Positions 33,315-42,914 of a stretch of 64,000 bases of DNA are shown one piece after another. A program made the position numbers and the translations under genes. Source of the DNA: Clostridiales bacterium (GTDB lineage Bacteria; Bacillota; Clostridia; Oscillospirales; CAG-272); the NCBI GenBank assembly GCA_012800735.1, contig JAAZIU010000011.1:44542-108541 (forward strand), in the 5' to 3' direction. Numbering within the stretch: the stretch's first letter is position 1; each line of letters starts with the position of its first letter. The notes under the pieces are model-generated. The model searched no databases and was not told the origin of the DNA. It was given only the letters and a program-made list of their open reading frames with translations.

Positions 33315-34298
33315 TTATCTCAGCTGATATTTGTTGTTCTCATCCGCTATATAGGCGTTTTCGAGCAGTTCGGTAAGAGCGATGGCGTCGTCGATACCAA
33401 GTCCTTCCGGAGCCTTTTCGCCGGCGATAATGGCATCAAGGAAGCGGTTGATGGTGCTCGGTTTCGGCTGAGGCAGTCTCGGCTTGAACCAGTCGGCGCC
33501 GTAAGCGTCGGTTTTCGAAGATTTGAACTGAACATCGCCGTTTATGGAGATAAGAGTTCCTTCGGAACCGTAAATTTCGATCATTTCTTTGGTTGCGTAG
33601 GTAATAAAGCTGGTCTCGGCGATACCGATTATGCCGCCTTCAAACTCGATAGTTGAAACGGCGTTCTCGTCGACCTTCGAGCCGAAGGGAGCGGTGAATA
33701 TGCCGTTGATGCGCTTCGGTTTGCCGCAGAGGTAGGGCAGAGTATACATCGGATGGCAGCCGAGGTCCATCATGGCGCCGCCTGCGGCGTCTTTCTTCTC
33801 AAACCAGTAAGCGGGTAGCCAATTACCCGAAACACCGTTGTGTCCGTTGCGGATACGGACAAGGCTAAGCTTTCCGAACGCGCCGGATTCGATCATCTTT
33901 TTTGCGAACTGAACGGTCGGAGTGCCGCGCATCGGATAGGAAATCGTAAAGGTAACACCTGCGTCAAGAATTGCTTTCTTTACATCTTCGCATTCGGCGA
34001 CAGTCGGGCAGAGAGCCTTTTCGGTGAAAACATGCTTGCCGGCTTTGGCGGTCTTGATAATCACGTCGCGGTGAGCCGTGGTAGGAGTATCGACGATTAC
34101 GGCGTCGATATCTTTTCTTGCAAGAAGTTCGTCGAGACACTCGACGAAGTCTACTCCAAGCCTGCCGGCCCATTCGGCGCCGCGGTTTTTATCTTCGTCC
34201 CAAACAGCGGCTACCTGAGCCTTGCCGCTTCTGTTGACTTCGTTCGCGTAGCCTTCGGCATGGACATGCCATTTGCTGAGCATTGCAACTTTAATCAT
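33315..34298 (-). CDS. Gfo/Idh/MocA family oxidoreductase
   Basis: MIKVAMLSKWHVHA, VFTEKAL (EKP-like) and 327 aa. Confidence 0.8.
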   Translation of the reverse strand: MIKVAMLSKWHVHAEGYANEVNRSGKAQVAAVWDEDKNRGAEWAGRLGVDFVECLDELLARKDIDAVIVDTPTTAHRDVIIKTAKAGKHVFTEKALCPTVAECEDVKKAILDAGVTFTISYPMRGTPTVQFAKKMIESGAFGKLSLVRIRNGHNGVSGNWLPAYWFEKKDAAGGAMMDLGCHPMYTLPYLCGKPKRINGIFTAPFGSKVDENAVSTIEFEGGIIGIAETSFITYATKEMIEIYGSEGTLISINGDVQFKSSKTDAYGADWFKPRLPQPKPSTINRFLDAIIAGEKAPEGLGIDDAIALTELLENAYIADENNKYQLR

Positions 34299-34605
34299 AA
34301 TTGTTCCTCCGCATATTTATTATATTTGCTGTTTTCCCTATTATAACACAATCATGAAATGAATTCAAGGCTTGCGGGAAAAATATTAAGTCAATACCGG
34401 ATGAACCCAAGATTGTAAAATTTACACATATTACTTTTTACGGCTCAAATCTAATTGTATGATAATTAACAGTTTGCAAATCATTTTGACAAATTGTGTT
34501 ATATAATTTGAATGAGATATCGTTTATAATATCTTCACGAAAGAGTGTTGAACAAATCATACAATCATGTTTTACGGCATTATGATGAAAGGACGGTAAA
34601 AACCG

Positions 34606-36084
34606 ATGAAGAGAAAAGTTATTGCTTTTTTATTACTGACGGTTATGATTTTCAGTTATTCGGCCTGCGGCGATACCACGGCTGATGATGTAATGCAAAA
34701 CGCGGAAACAAATATCGAGACGGTTCAGGAAACAACCGGAGAAACAGAACCGTTATTCAAGGATAATCTCCCCGATGATCTGGATTTTGAAGGAGAAACT
34801 TTCGATAACTTTGTCTATGAATCCAGCTGGCTTCATACCCGAATCGACAGGGAAGAGCAGGACGGTGATATCCTCAACGATGCTATTTATCTGCGTAACC
34901 GTTTGGTGGAAAACAGACTGAATGTCTTATTCAAAGAATCTATATCAAGCGGATTTACCGCAATGAATCAGGAAGCCAAAAAAATAGTTATGTCCGGGGA
35001 GGATATTTACGACGTTTTTTTCTGCGAAGATTATCCGACGCTGACTCTTGCCCAGATGGGTATGATCGTCAATTTCCGCGAGATACCTTATATCGATCTG
35101 AGCCAGCCGTATTGGAGCCAGTCGCTGAATCCGGAGCTTTCCATTCATAGCCGGCTTTATTTCGCATACAGCGATTTTAATTTAACTCCCTCCGACTATA
35201 CGCATGTCCTTGTTTTCAACAAACAGATACATGAGAATTTCAATCTTAAAAACATATACGATCTTGTCAACAACGGCGCTTGGGATTATGACGAATATGA
35301 GGAAATGTGTTCGGCAGTAACGGAAGATGTCGACGGCGACAACGAAATGACAAAAACGGACAGATACGGCTATCTGTCACAGCCGAAGCATGTCCTGCCT
35401 TGCTTCTGGAGCAGCGCCGGTGTTAAATCGATAGCAAAAAACGAAGATGACATACCGGAATTCAAACTTACCGGGGATAAGAAGTTTGCCGAGGTAGTGG
35501 AAAGAATATTCACGATTACTTGGGATAACAACACTTGGTTCAGAAACAAATTCGCATCAAACAGTGATTTGACTTTAAACGATATGTTCGTCGGAGGTCA
35601 GGCTCTGTTCTTTGACAACACTTTGTTCTACATCGCGATACTCAGAGGAATGGAACAGGATTTCGGAGTTATTCCGTATCCGAAATATGACGAGAGTCAG
35701 GAAGAGTATTATTCAAGAGTCGAGGGCGGCTGCGTCCCGAGTGTTCCGGTTACGGCAGCCGGCAGGCTGGAAATGATAGGAGCTGTTTTGGAGGCATTGT
35801 CATCCGAATCGGCAAATTCGGTTATCCCCGCATACTTTGAAATTTCGCTGAAGGGCAAATACGCGCGCGACAACGAATCCGCCGAAATGCTGGATTTGAT
35901 ATACAGGACAAGAAGCTATGATCTGGGCGACACATATTGGTGCGAGACTCTCAGGGACGGTATATTCATGACAATGTTCGAAAAAAACAAGCGTGATTTC
36001 GTATCAAGCATGACTAATAACGAAAGCCGTATCAATAAGGCGATAAATAAAGTTATCGAAGCGTTCGAAAAACTGGATATTTAA
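34606..36084 (+). CDS. extracellular solute-binding lipoprotein, same family as 19445
   Basis: Signal peptide plus SAC cysteine, with motifs GDILNDAIYLRN, IPYPKYDESQEEYY and IPAYFEISLKGKY. Confidence 0.6.
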   Translation: MKRKVIAFLLLTVMIFSYSACGDTTADDVMQNAETNIETVQETTGETEPLFKDNLPDDLDFEGETFDNFVYESSWLHTRIDREEQDGDILNDAIYLRNRLVENRLNVLFKESISSGFTAMNQEAKKIVMSGEDIYDVFFCEDYPTLTLAQMGMIVNFREIPYIDLSQPYWSQSLNPELSIHSRLYFAYSDFNLTPSDYTHVLVFNKQIHENFNLKNIYDLVNNGAWDYDEYEEMCSAVTEDVDGDNEMTKTDRYGYLSQPKHVLPCFWSSAGVKSIAKNEDDIPEFKLTGDKKFAEVVERIFTITWDNNTWFRNKFASNSDLTLNDMFVGGQALFFDNTLFYIAILRGMEQDFGVIPYPKYDESQEEYYSRVEGGCVPSVPVTAAGRLEMIGAVLEALSSESANSVIPAYFEISLKGKYARDNESAEMLDLIYRTRSYDLGDTYWCETLRDGIFMTMFEKNKRDFVSSMTNNESRINKAINKVIEAFEKLDI

Positions 36085-36157
36085 TTAGTCATAATTCAAA
36101 TAACGTGCGGCAAAAGATAATTTTAACACCTGAAGCTGTTAATTTTTCCAAAACCCC

Positions 36158-36186
36158 TTGCAATTCATACTGATTTGTGGTATAAT
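36158..36186 (+). promoter_or_regulatory. sigma-70 type promoter of rpmE
   Basis: TTGCAA, a 17-nt spacer, then TATAAT with an extended -10 TGg. Confidence 0.7.
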
Positions 36187-36260
36187 ACCTTGGTATTATG
36201 AAACAGGCAGGAAGAGGCTGACGCCTTCTTTCGGTCTTACGGAAAGAGAGGTGCTCAAGC

Positions 36261-36482
36261 ATGAAGCAGGGAATACATCCCGAATATCAGAACGTTACGA
36301 TCAAATGCGCCTGCGGCAACGAAGTTCAGACGCGTTCGACAAACGGTGGGGCGATGCATGTCGAAATCTGCTCGAAATGCCACCCGTTCTACACGGGCAA
36401 GCAAAAGTTCGTGGATACCGGCGGGCGGGTCGACAAGTTCAAGAAGCGTCTTGCGGCCGCGAGCGCTATGAAACAGAAATAA
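36261..36482 (+). CDS. rpmE: 50S ribosomal protein L31 (Zn-ribbon type)
   Basis: MKQGIHPEY...[13 protein letters not shown]...GRVDKFKKR. Confidence 0.95.
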   Translation: MKQGIHPEYQNVTIKCACGNEVQTRSTNGGAMHVEICSKCHPFYTGKQKFVDTGGRVDKFKKRLAAASAMKQK

Positions 36483-36500
36483 TCTAACGGCAGAAAAAAT

Positions 36501-36533
36501 GCGGGAAGCGGGCAATACCGTTTTCCGCTTTTT
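36501..36533 (+). terminator. rho-independent terminator after rpmE
   Basis: 7-bp stem gcgggaa/tttccgc followed by T5. Confidence 0.6.
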
Positions 36534-36592
36534 CATCATTTTTGAATTTACGCCTCCCCTCGCAAACAATCAGGAGAATATAAGATATATTT

Positions 36593-37939
36593 ATGGGAAA
36601 TAAACTGCTTAATACCCCTTGGGGAGAGAATGAAATAAACGCGGTGCGGGCGGTGCTGGTCTCGGTCATAACCGGCCGCACAACCGAAAGGGAAGCGCAG
36701 GTGTCGCTTGATGAGCTTGAGCGGCTGCTTGAAACCGCCGGTGGCTCGGCCTTTGCCCGTCTGACACAGTCAAAAGACAGTCCGGATCCCGCTACCGTCA
36801 TCGGCTCAGGCAAAATTAAGGAACTTTACGAACTCTGTTCGATAAATGATGTTCCGCTTGTCGTATTTGATATGGAGCTGACTCCGTCTCAGATTAAAAA
36901 CATAGAAGATGCGCTTTCCGACGATAAACATGACGTCATGGTAATCGACCGCGCGATGCTAATCCTGGATATCTTCGCGCTTCACGCGCAGTCAAGCGAA
37001 GGAAAGCTTCAGGTAGAGCTCGCGCAGCTGAGATACACCGCGCCGAGACTGATAGGAAAGGGACTTCAGCTCTCAAGACAGGTCGGCGGAAACATCGCGG
37101 TGCGCGGTCCCGGCGAAACCAAACTCGAAACCGACAGACGATATATCGAAAGAAGAATTCAATTTCTGGAAGAACAGCTTCGCAAACTGGATTCCTCCCG
37201 TTCAACAATGCGCAAAGCGCGTCAGCGTTCGGGAATCACCAGCTGCGCCATAGTGGGATACACAAACGCCGGCAAGTCGACTTTGCTCAATTACCTTACC
37301 GGCGCCGGAATTTTAGCGGAAGACAAATTGTTCGCAACCCTTGACCCGACTACGAGGCGTTATAAACTCCCGAGCGGAGAAGAAATACTGCTGACAGATA
37401 CGGTCGGATTTATCAGAAATCTTCCGCACCACCTGATAAAGGCTTTTAAATCAACCCTTGATGAAGTGAAATTCGCGGATATAATACTCGTATTGATAGA
37501 CGCCTCCGACCCCGAATGTCAAAATCAGCTTAAGGTGAGCAAAGAGCTTTTGCGAGAACTCGGAGTCGAGGATAAACCGATAATATATGTCTGGAACAAA
37601 TGCGACGCCGAATCGGACAGGCTCCTGAACGTAGTCTGGGATCAGGCGGGTTCTCTTGTTTCATTTAAGGACACCGTAGCTGTCTCCGCAAAGACCGGAG
37701 AAGGGATCGACGAGTTGATAGCCAAGCTTGAAGAAGCGGTAAGTCATGGCAGACTACCCGTCACATACCGAATTCCCAATATTAAGTCAGGCGAATTAAG
37801 CAGGCTTTACAATCTCGCTACGGTAACCAATGTAAATTATACTCATGAATATATAGAAGTTGACACACTTTCCGACAACCGCGCGCGCGGTGTCTTTTCG
37901 GAATATGTATACAACTCGCCGGACAATATCGATGAATAA
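36593..37939 (+). CDS. hflX: GTPase HflX
   Basis: HflX N-domain (LQVELAQLRY, GPGETKLE) and G domain GYTNAGKSTLLN, DTVGF and NKCD. Confidence 0.9.
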   Translation: MGNKLLNTPWGENEINAVRAVLVSVITGRTTEREAQVSLDELERLLETAGGSAFARLTQSKDSPDPATVIGSGKIKELYELCSINDVPLVVFDMELTPSQIKNIEDALSDDKHDVMVIDRAMLILDIFALHAQSSEGKLQVELAQLRYTAPRLIGKGLQLSRQVGGNIAVRGPGETKLETDRRYIERRIQFLEEQLRKLDSSRSTMRKARQRSGITSCAIVGYTNAGKSTLLNYLTGAGILAEDKLFATLDPTTRRYKLPSGEEILLTDTVGFIRNLPHHLIKAFKSTLDEVKFADIILVLIDASDPECQNQLKVSKELLRELGVEDKPIIYVWNKCDAESDRLLNVVWDQAGSLVSFKDTVAVSAKTGEGIDELIAKLEEAVSHGRLPVTYRIPNIKSGELSRLYNLATVTNVNYTHEYIEVDTLSDNRARGVFSEYVYNSPDNIDE

Positions 37940-38597
37940 CTTTTTAAATATCGGCGGGGATCAGCCGCCTCCTCCGCCCGAATACATAACTCTTGAGCGC
38001 GAAAGCGAAATAGAGTATATTGAAAAGAAGTCGGTTTTTATCGGTAGAGCCAAAAGAGTCTGTTCCGTTGAAGAGGCAGCGGAATACCTCGAATCGATAA
38101 AACGGAAAAACTCGGATGCGCGACACCATGTCTACGCATATCAGATAAACCGGGGAGCTGCCGAAAGGATGAGCGACGATGGCGAACCACAGGGAACGAG
38201 CGGTCCGTATGTACTCGATGTTATAAAAAAGAAAGGCTTCACCGACGCTATCATCGTTGTTACCAGATATTTCGGGGGCATACTCTTAGGCGCTTCCGGA
38301 TTGACCCGGGCATATTCGACTGCAGCGAACCAGGCTGCCGAAGCGGCGGGGATAGTAAGATATGTCGAATACTCGGTGTTTCTTTCGGTATTGAGCTATA
38401 CCGATTATCAGAGAGTTGAAAACCTGATAAAAACATACGGTGCAGTAATCGATGATATTGTTTACGAGGAAAATGTTTCTCTGACATTCGCCGTTAAGAC
38501 TTCGGAAAAAGAAGAGCTGCTACAGAGAATTATTGATATGACCGCGGCAAGAGCGCTGATTTCCGAGTGCGGCACAAGGTTCGGATCTGACAATTAA
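37932..38597 (+). CDS. yigZ: YigZ / IMPACT family protein
   Basis: IEKKSVFIG, HHVYAY and DDGEPQGTSGPYVL. The start at ATG 37932 overlaps the hflX end by 8 nt. Confidence 0.8.
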   Translation: MNNFLNIGGDQPPPPPEYITLERESEIEYIEKKSVFIGRAKRVCSVEEAAEYLESIKRKNSDARHHVYAYQINRGAAERMSDDGEPQGTSGPYVLDVIKKKGFTDAIIVVTRYFGGILLGASGLTRAYSTAANQAAEAAGIVRYVEYSVFLSVLSYTDYQRVENLIKTYGAVIDDIVYEENVSLTFAVKTSEKEELLQRIIDMTAARALISECGTRFGSDN

Positions 38598-38747
38598 TTG
38601 TAAATTATGGGAATTATCAGTTTTTCTATTGACAAATCTCATGTTTTGTATTATCATTCAGATAACGGAACTTTTCGTTTACTAAGCAGTCGGAACAAAT
38701 TGGGACTATTTACATCTATATTATAAATACAGACGGGAGAATGAAAT

Positions 38748-39746
38748 ATGTCGGATATGACCGTCCGTGAGATGCTGTATAAAAATCAAAGACTCTTTCT
38801 CTCCAATCGGGCGGCGTTTGACAGTGAGACAAAGGGCAGAGAATACCCTGTCTCTCCCTGTTCCGACAGGGGTGAATACCAGCGCGACCGCGACAGGATT
38901 CTTCATTCGAAAGCCTTTCGCCGCCTGTCGCATAAGACCCAGGTTTTTCTCTCGCCGGAAGCAGACCATTACCGCACGAGACTTACCCATACCTTAAAGG
39001 TTGCGCAGGTAGCAAGAACGATAGCTCGAAGTCTGAGGCTCAACGAAGATTTGACTGAGGCGATAGCTCTCGGCCATGACCTCGGTCACACTCCCTTCGG
39101 TCACGCCGGCGAACGCGCGCTTCGCCGTGTGTATGACAGCGAATTTGCCCATTATAAGCAGAGTCTGCGCGTGGTTGATAAACTTGAGGAGCTTAACCTG
39201 ACATGGGAGGTACGCGACGGAATTCTTCACCATACTTTAGGCGGCGCCTCAACGCTTGAAGGGCAAATAGTAAAAGAGGCGGATAGGATCGCTTATATAA
39301 ATCACGATATAGACGACGCGATCCGCGCCGAGATCCTGGTAGAAGAAGATATACCCGCGGAAATACGCAAAACATTAGGTAACGATTACAGCGCCCGGAT
39401 AAAAACAATGGTCGGGGGCGTAATCTCGGCGTCAGCCGAGGGCGATAAGATAAAAATAGATGCGGAGATATCCGCTGCCATCGACGAACTCTATGATTTT
39501 CTAAATATTGCCGTTTATCATAATCCGATAGCGAAAGGTCAGGAGGATAAAGCTGAAAAGATGCTTGAAAAGCTCTACTATTATTTTTATGAGCATTCTG
39601 ATGAGCTGCCTTCCGAATATCGTAAAATTGCCCGGATTGAATCTGTCGGCAGAGCATCAGCCGATTATATTTCAGGTATGACAGACAGATATGCGATCAG
39701 AACCTTCCGGACGTTATTCATACCGGAAGTTTGGTCAGGGAGCTGA
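38748..39746 (+). CDS. dgt: dGTP triphosphohydrolase-like HD-domain protein
   Basis: YQRDRDRILHSKAFRRL, THTLKVAQV, GHDLGHTPFGH and SGMTDRYA. Confidence 0.85.
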   Translation: MSDMTVREMLYKNQRLFLSNRAAFDSETKGREYPVSPCSDRGEYQRDRDRILHSKAFRRLSHKTQVFLSPEADHYRTRLTHTLKVAQVARTIARSLRLNEDLTEAIALGHDLGHTPFGHAGERALRRVYDSEFAHYKQSLRVVDKLEELNLTWEVRDGILHHTLGGASTLEGQIVKEADRIAYINHDIDDAIRAEILVEEDIPAEIRKTLGNDYSARIKTMVGGVISASAEGDKIKIDAEISAAIDELYDFLNIAVYHNPIAKGQEDKAEKMLEKLYYYFYEHSDELPSEYRKIARIESVGRASADYISGMTDRYAIRTFRTLFIPEVWSGS

Positions 39747-39768
39747 CAAAGGGACAGGAGTCAAATTA

Positions 39769-41544
39769 ATGATACCCCGCGAAATTATCGAGGAGATTAA
39801 ATACCGCTGCGACATTTCCGATGTAATCGGTCAATATGTAAACCTTAAGCGCGCGGGATCAAATCTCGTCGGTCTCTGTCCGTTTCATAACGAGAGAACT
39901 CCGTCGTTTACCGTTTTTTTATCAAACGGCAGCTTTTACTGTTTCGGCTGCGGCGCCGGAGGCGACGTGATAACCTTCATGATGAAGATGGATGGTTATA
40001 CATATATTGAAGCCGTAGAAGCGCTTGCGAAGCGCTGCGGTGTCGCTATTCCGAAAGAAACGAGCGGGAAATACAGAAAACCCGATGAAGTCAGCCGCGA
40101 CAGAGTGCTGGCAATGAATCTTGATGCCGCGAAATTTTTCCGCGAGCAGCTTAAAGCAAATCAAGCGCCGATGGACTATCTCTTAAACCGCAGATACAGT
40201 CCGGCGCTGATAAGGCGTTTTGGTCTCGGCTACGCCCCGAACGATTTCGGAGCGCTTACCGGACATATGCTGGGACTCGGATATAATGCAAAAGAGCTTT
40301 CGACTGCGTTTCTTTGCGGAATAAGCAAGAAAACCGGCAAACCATACGATTACTTTCGCGGACGGATCATTATACCGATAATCGATACCAAAAAGGATGT
40401 TATCGCATTCGGAGGCAGAGTGATTGACAACTCTCTGCCGAAATACCTTAACACGAGCGATACGCCGGCATTTAAGAAGAGCCGCAGCCTTTTTGCGCTT
40501 AACTACGCCAAAGCGAGCTGCGCCGAAGAAATGATACTCTGTGAAGGCTATATGGACGTTATGGCGCTTCACGATGCCGGATTTACTAACGCAGTAGCTA
40601 CCTTAGGCACCGCCATTACCAATGAGCACGCCCGTATGATGAAGCGCTATACAAAGAAAGTCCTTATAGCATTCGATGTGGACGAAGCCGGTCAGAGGGC
40701 AGCGGATAAAGCGTTCCGCTTGTTTGACGAAGTAGGGCTTGAAGCAAGGGTTGTGCGTGTCCGCGATGCGAAGGATCCGGATGAGTATATTCATAAATTC
40801 GGTCCCGAAAGATTCAGGATGTTGCTGAACGAGGGAAGTTCGAGATTCGATTTTCAAACCGAGAACATCTTAAAGCAATATGATATCAACGATCCGCAGC
40901 AGAAAATCGCCGCGCTGAGAGAGATAACCTCGGTCATAGCCTCGGTATACTCAAGTGTTGAGCGCGATATGTATATGCACAAGATTTCGGAGCAGCTTTC
41001 CGTTCAATATGAAAGTCTCAAAAATGATGTAAGAAATGTTGTTCGCCGCAACAGAAAAAAAGCCGACGAAAACGAAACCAACAGAATACATCTTGCCGCA
41101 GCGGGATTCGGCGGACGAAATATGCGTGAAAAACTGAATACGCTCACCTCATCTTCTTCAGAAGAAGCGGTTCTCGGCATGCTTTTAAGGTATCCCGAAT
41201 TTGCGGAGCTTGTAAGAAGCGGAAAAGTTTCACTTGATTCAGATGATTTCAGTACCGAACTCGGCAAACGCCTGTATGAACTTATCATAGAAAAATGCAG
41301 CGGCGGAGAAAAGCCGGAAAATCTGTTGAATGAATTCTTTTCTCCGGACGAAATAGGTCTTATAACCGGTATTGCGGTTTCCCGCGAGAAATTAACAAAC
41401 ACTGAAGCGATTTTCCGCGACTGTGTTTCAAATCTGAAAAACCGGAAAGAAGGCGAGGACAGCGGAGATGCCTCATCTATAAGCGATATAAACGATTTGA
41501 TAAATAGAAAAAGACAGGATATCGAAAACAACCGGGAGGAATAA
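39769..41544 (+). CDS. dnaG: DNA primase
   Basis: Zinc-binding region CPFHNERTPSF...CFGCGAGGD and TOPRIM EGYMDV. The start is trimmed to MIPREIIEEI. Confidence 0.95.
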   Translation: MIPREIIEEIKYRCDISDVIGQYVNLKRAGSNLVGLCPFHNERTPSFTVFLSNGSFYCFGCGAGGDVITFMMKMDGYTYIEAVEALAKRCGVAIPKETSGKYRKPDEVSRDRVLAMNLDAAKFFREQLKANQAPMDYLLNRRYSPALIRRFGLGYAPNDFGALTGHMLGLGYNAKELSTAFLCGISKKTGKPYDYFRGRIIIPIIDTKKDVIAFGGRVIDNSLPKYLNTSDTPAFKKSRSLFALNYAKASCAEEMILCEGYMDVMALHDAGFTNAVATLGTAITNEHARMMKRYTKKVLIAFDVDEAGQRAADKAFRLFDEVGLEARVVRVRDAKDPDEYIHKFGPERFRMLLNEGSSRFDFQTENILKQYDINDPQQKIAALREITSVIASVYSSVERDMYMHKISEQLSVQYESLKNDVRNVVRRNRKKADENETNRIHLAAAGFGGRNMREKLNTLTSSSSEEAVLGMLLRYPEFAELVRSGKVSLDSDDFSTELGKRLYELIIEKCSGGEKPENLLNEFFSPDEIGLITGIAVSREKLTNTEAIFRDCVSNLKNRKEGEDSGDASSISDINDLINRKRQDIENNREE

Positions 41545-41547
41545 TAT

Positions 41548-42642
41548 ATGGCAAGTGATAAGAAACTTGATATAAGGGAGCTTATCGAAAGAGGGAAAGC
41601 CAAGGGTTCGCTTACAAATAACGAAATAATGGAAGCGCTGGAAAATGTCGATTACGACATCGACCAGATAGATAAGCTTTATGATACCCTTGAAAATATG
41701 GGTATCGAAGTCACCGGCTATCTCGATACTCCGGATTTTGAAGAGATCGAAAGCGAGACCGAGCAGTATGAATCGGCGGAAGATATGGAAAAGATGCTTT
41801 CGCAGGAAGGTCTTCCGATCGACGATCCGGTTCGTATGTATCTTAAGGAGATAGGCAAAGTCCCGCTGCTGACATCGGAAAAGGAGCTTTATCTCGCTGA
41901 GCGGATGTCCCGCGGAGATGAGAAAGCCAAGAGGGATCTTGTTGAGGCAAACCTTCGGCTTGTAGTGTCTATCGCCAAGAGATATGTCGGCAAAGGAATG
42001 TTTTTCCTTGACCTGATTCAGGAGGGCAACCTCGGTCTTATGAAAGCGGTCGACAAATTCGATCACAACAAGGGATATAAATTCTCGACTTACGCCACCT
42101 GGTGGATAAGACAGGCGATAACCCGCGCCATAGCTGATCAGGCAAGAACAATTCGGATACCGGTTCATATGGTTGAGACTATCCATAAAGTCAGCCGTAT
42201 TTCGCGTCAGCTGCTTCAGAAGCTCGGGCGCGAGCCTACGCCGGATGAAATTGCCCGCGAAATGAATATGTCCGGAGATAAGGTTCGGGAGATACTTAAG
42301 ATAGCTCAGGATCCGGTCTCGCTTGAAACCCCGATAGGCGAAGAAGAGGACAGTCACCTTGGAGATTTCATAGAGGATGTCGATTCGCCGGCGCCGGCGG
42401 AAGCTGCCTCCTATACTTTGTTAAAGGAACAGCTTGCGGAGGTGCTGCGTACGCTGACCCCGCGTGAAGAGCAGGTTCTGCGTTTGCGTTTCGGTCTTGA
42501 CGACGGCCGTACACGAACTCTTGAGGAAGTCGGAAAGGTATTCAACATAACCAGGGAACGCATCCGCCAGATCGAAGCAAAAGCGCTCAGAAAGATGCGT
42601 CATCCGAGCCGTTCAAAGCGTCTTAAGGATTATCTTGATTAA
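41548..42642 (+). CDS. rpoD: RNA polymerase primary sigma factor (sigma-70/SigA)
   Basis: Regions 1.2 to 4 are present: [24 protein letters not shown], and the region 4 [23 protein letters not shown]. Confidence 0.95.
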   Translation: MASDKKLDIRELIERGKAKGSLTNNEIMEALENVDYDIDQIDKLYDTLENMGIEVTGYLDTPDFEEIESETEQYESAEDMEKMLSQEGLPIDDPVRMYLKEIGKVPLLTSEKELYLAERMSRGDEKAKRDLVEANLRLVVSIAKRYVGKGMFFLDLIQEGNLGLMKAVDKFDHNKGYKFSTYATWWIRQAITRAIADQARTIRIPVHMVETIHKVSRISRQLLQKLGREPTPDEIAREMNMSGDKVREILKIAQDPVSLETPIGEEEDSHLGDFIEDVDSPAPAEAASYTLLKEQLAEVLRTLTPREEQVLRLRFGLDDGRTRTLEEVGKVFNITRERIRQIEAKALRKMRHPSRSKRLKDYLD

Positions 42643-42914
42643 AAATCTGTATTTTTCAACATATGATACTTTTGTGTGAGTTAAACAACTATATTCGTGC
42701 AAAATTGTATTAATATACAGTAAAATCGATAAATCTCACAAAAATCATTCCGATTAATTATCGAATTCTTACAAACAAAAAGAGCAAATATGTTTGATAT
42801 TCTGAATAATAACACTTGTTTGTCGATTTAAGTGATTAAATTATTCTTGACATATCCGGAATTTTGGTGTAAAATAGTACTGTTACAAAGTGCGATCGAG
42901 GAGGATTATACCAT

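Noticed and set aside
34414-34426. TGTAAAaTTTACA considered as a CcpA cre site
   Set aside because: It is 13 nt rather than 14 and lacks the central CG of the cre consensus TGWAANCGNTNWCA. It is kept only as a generic palindrome.
34567-34599. 10-codon upstream ORF (MFYGIMMKGR) ending 6 nt before the 34606 start
   Set aside because: It has no RBS of its own and overlaps the RBS region of the main gene. It probably arises by chance in AT-rich leader sequence.
36158-36569. 109-aa plus-strand and 104-aa minus-strand ORFs overlapping rpmE
   Set aside because: The L31 frame (36261-36482) is unmistakable. The others begin inside the promoter or run antisense.
41473-42357. 294-aa minus-strand ORF, together with the 199-aa ORF at 41004-41603
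   Set aside because: Both are antisense to rpoD and the dnaG end, which have unmistakable motifs on the plus strand. Neither contains an independent motif.
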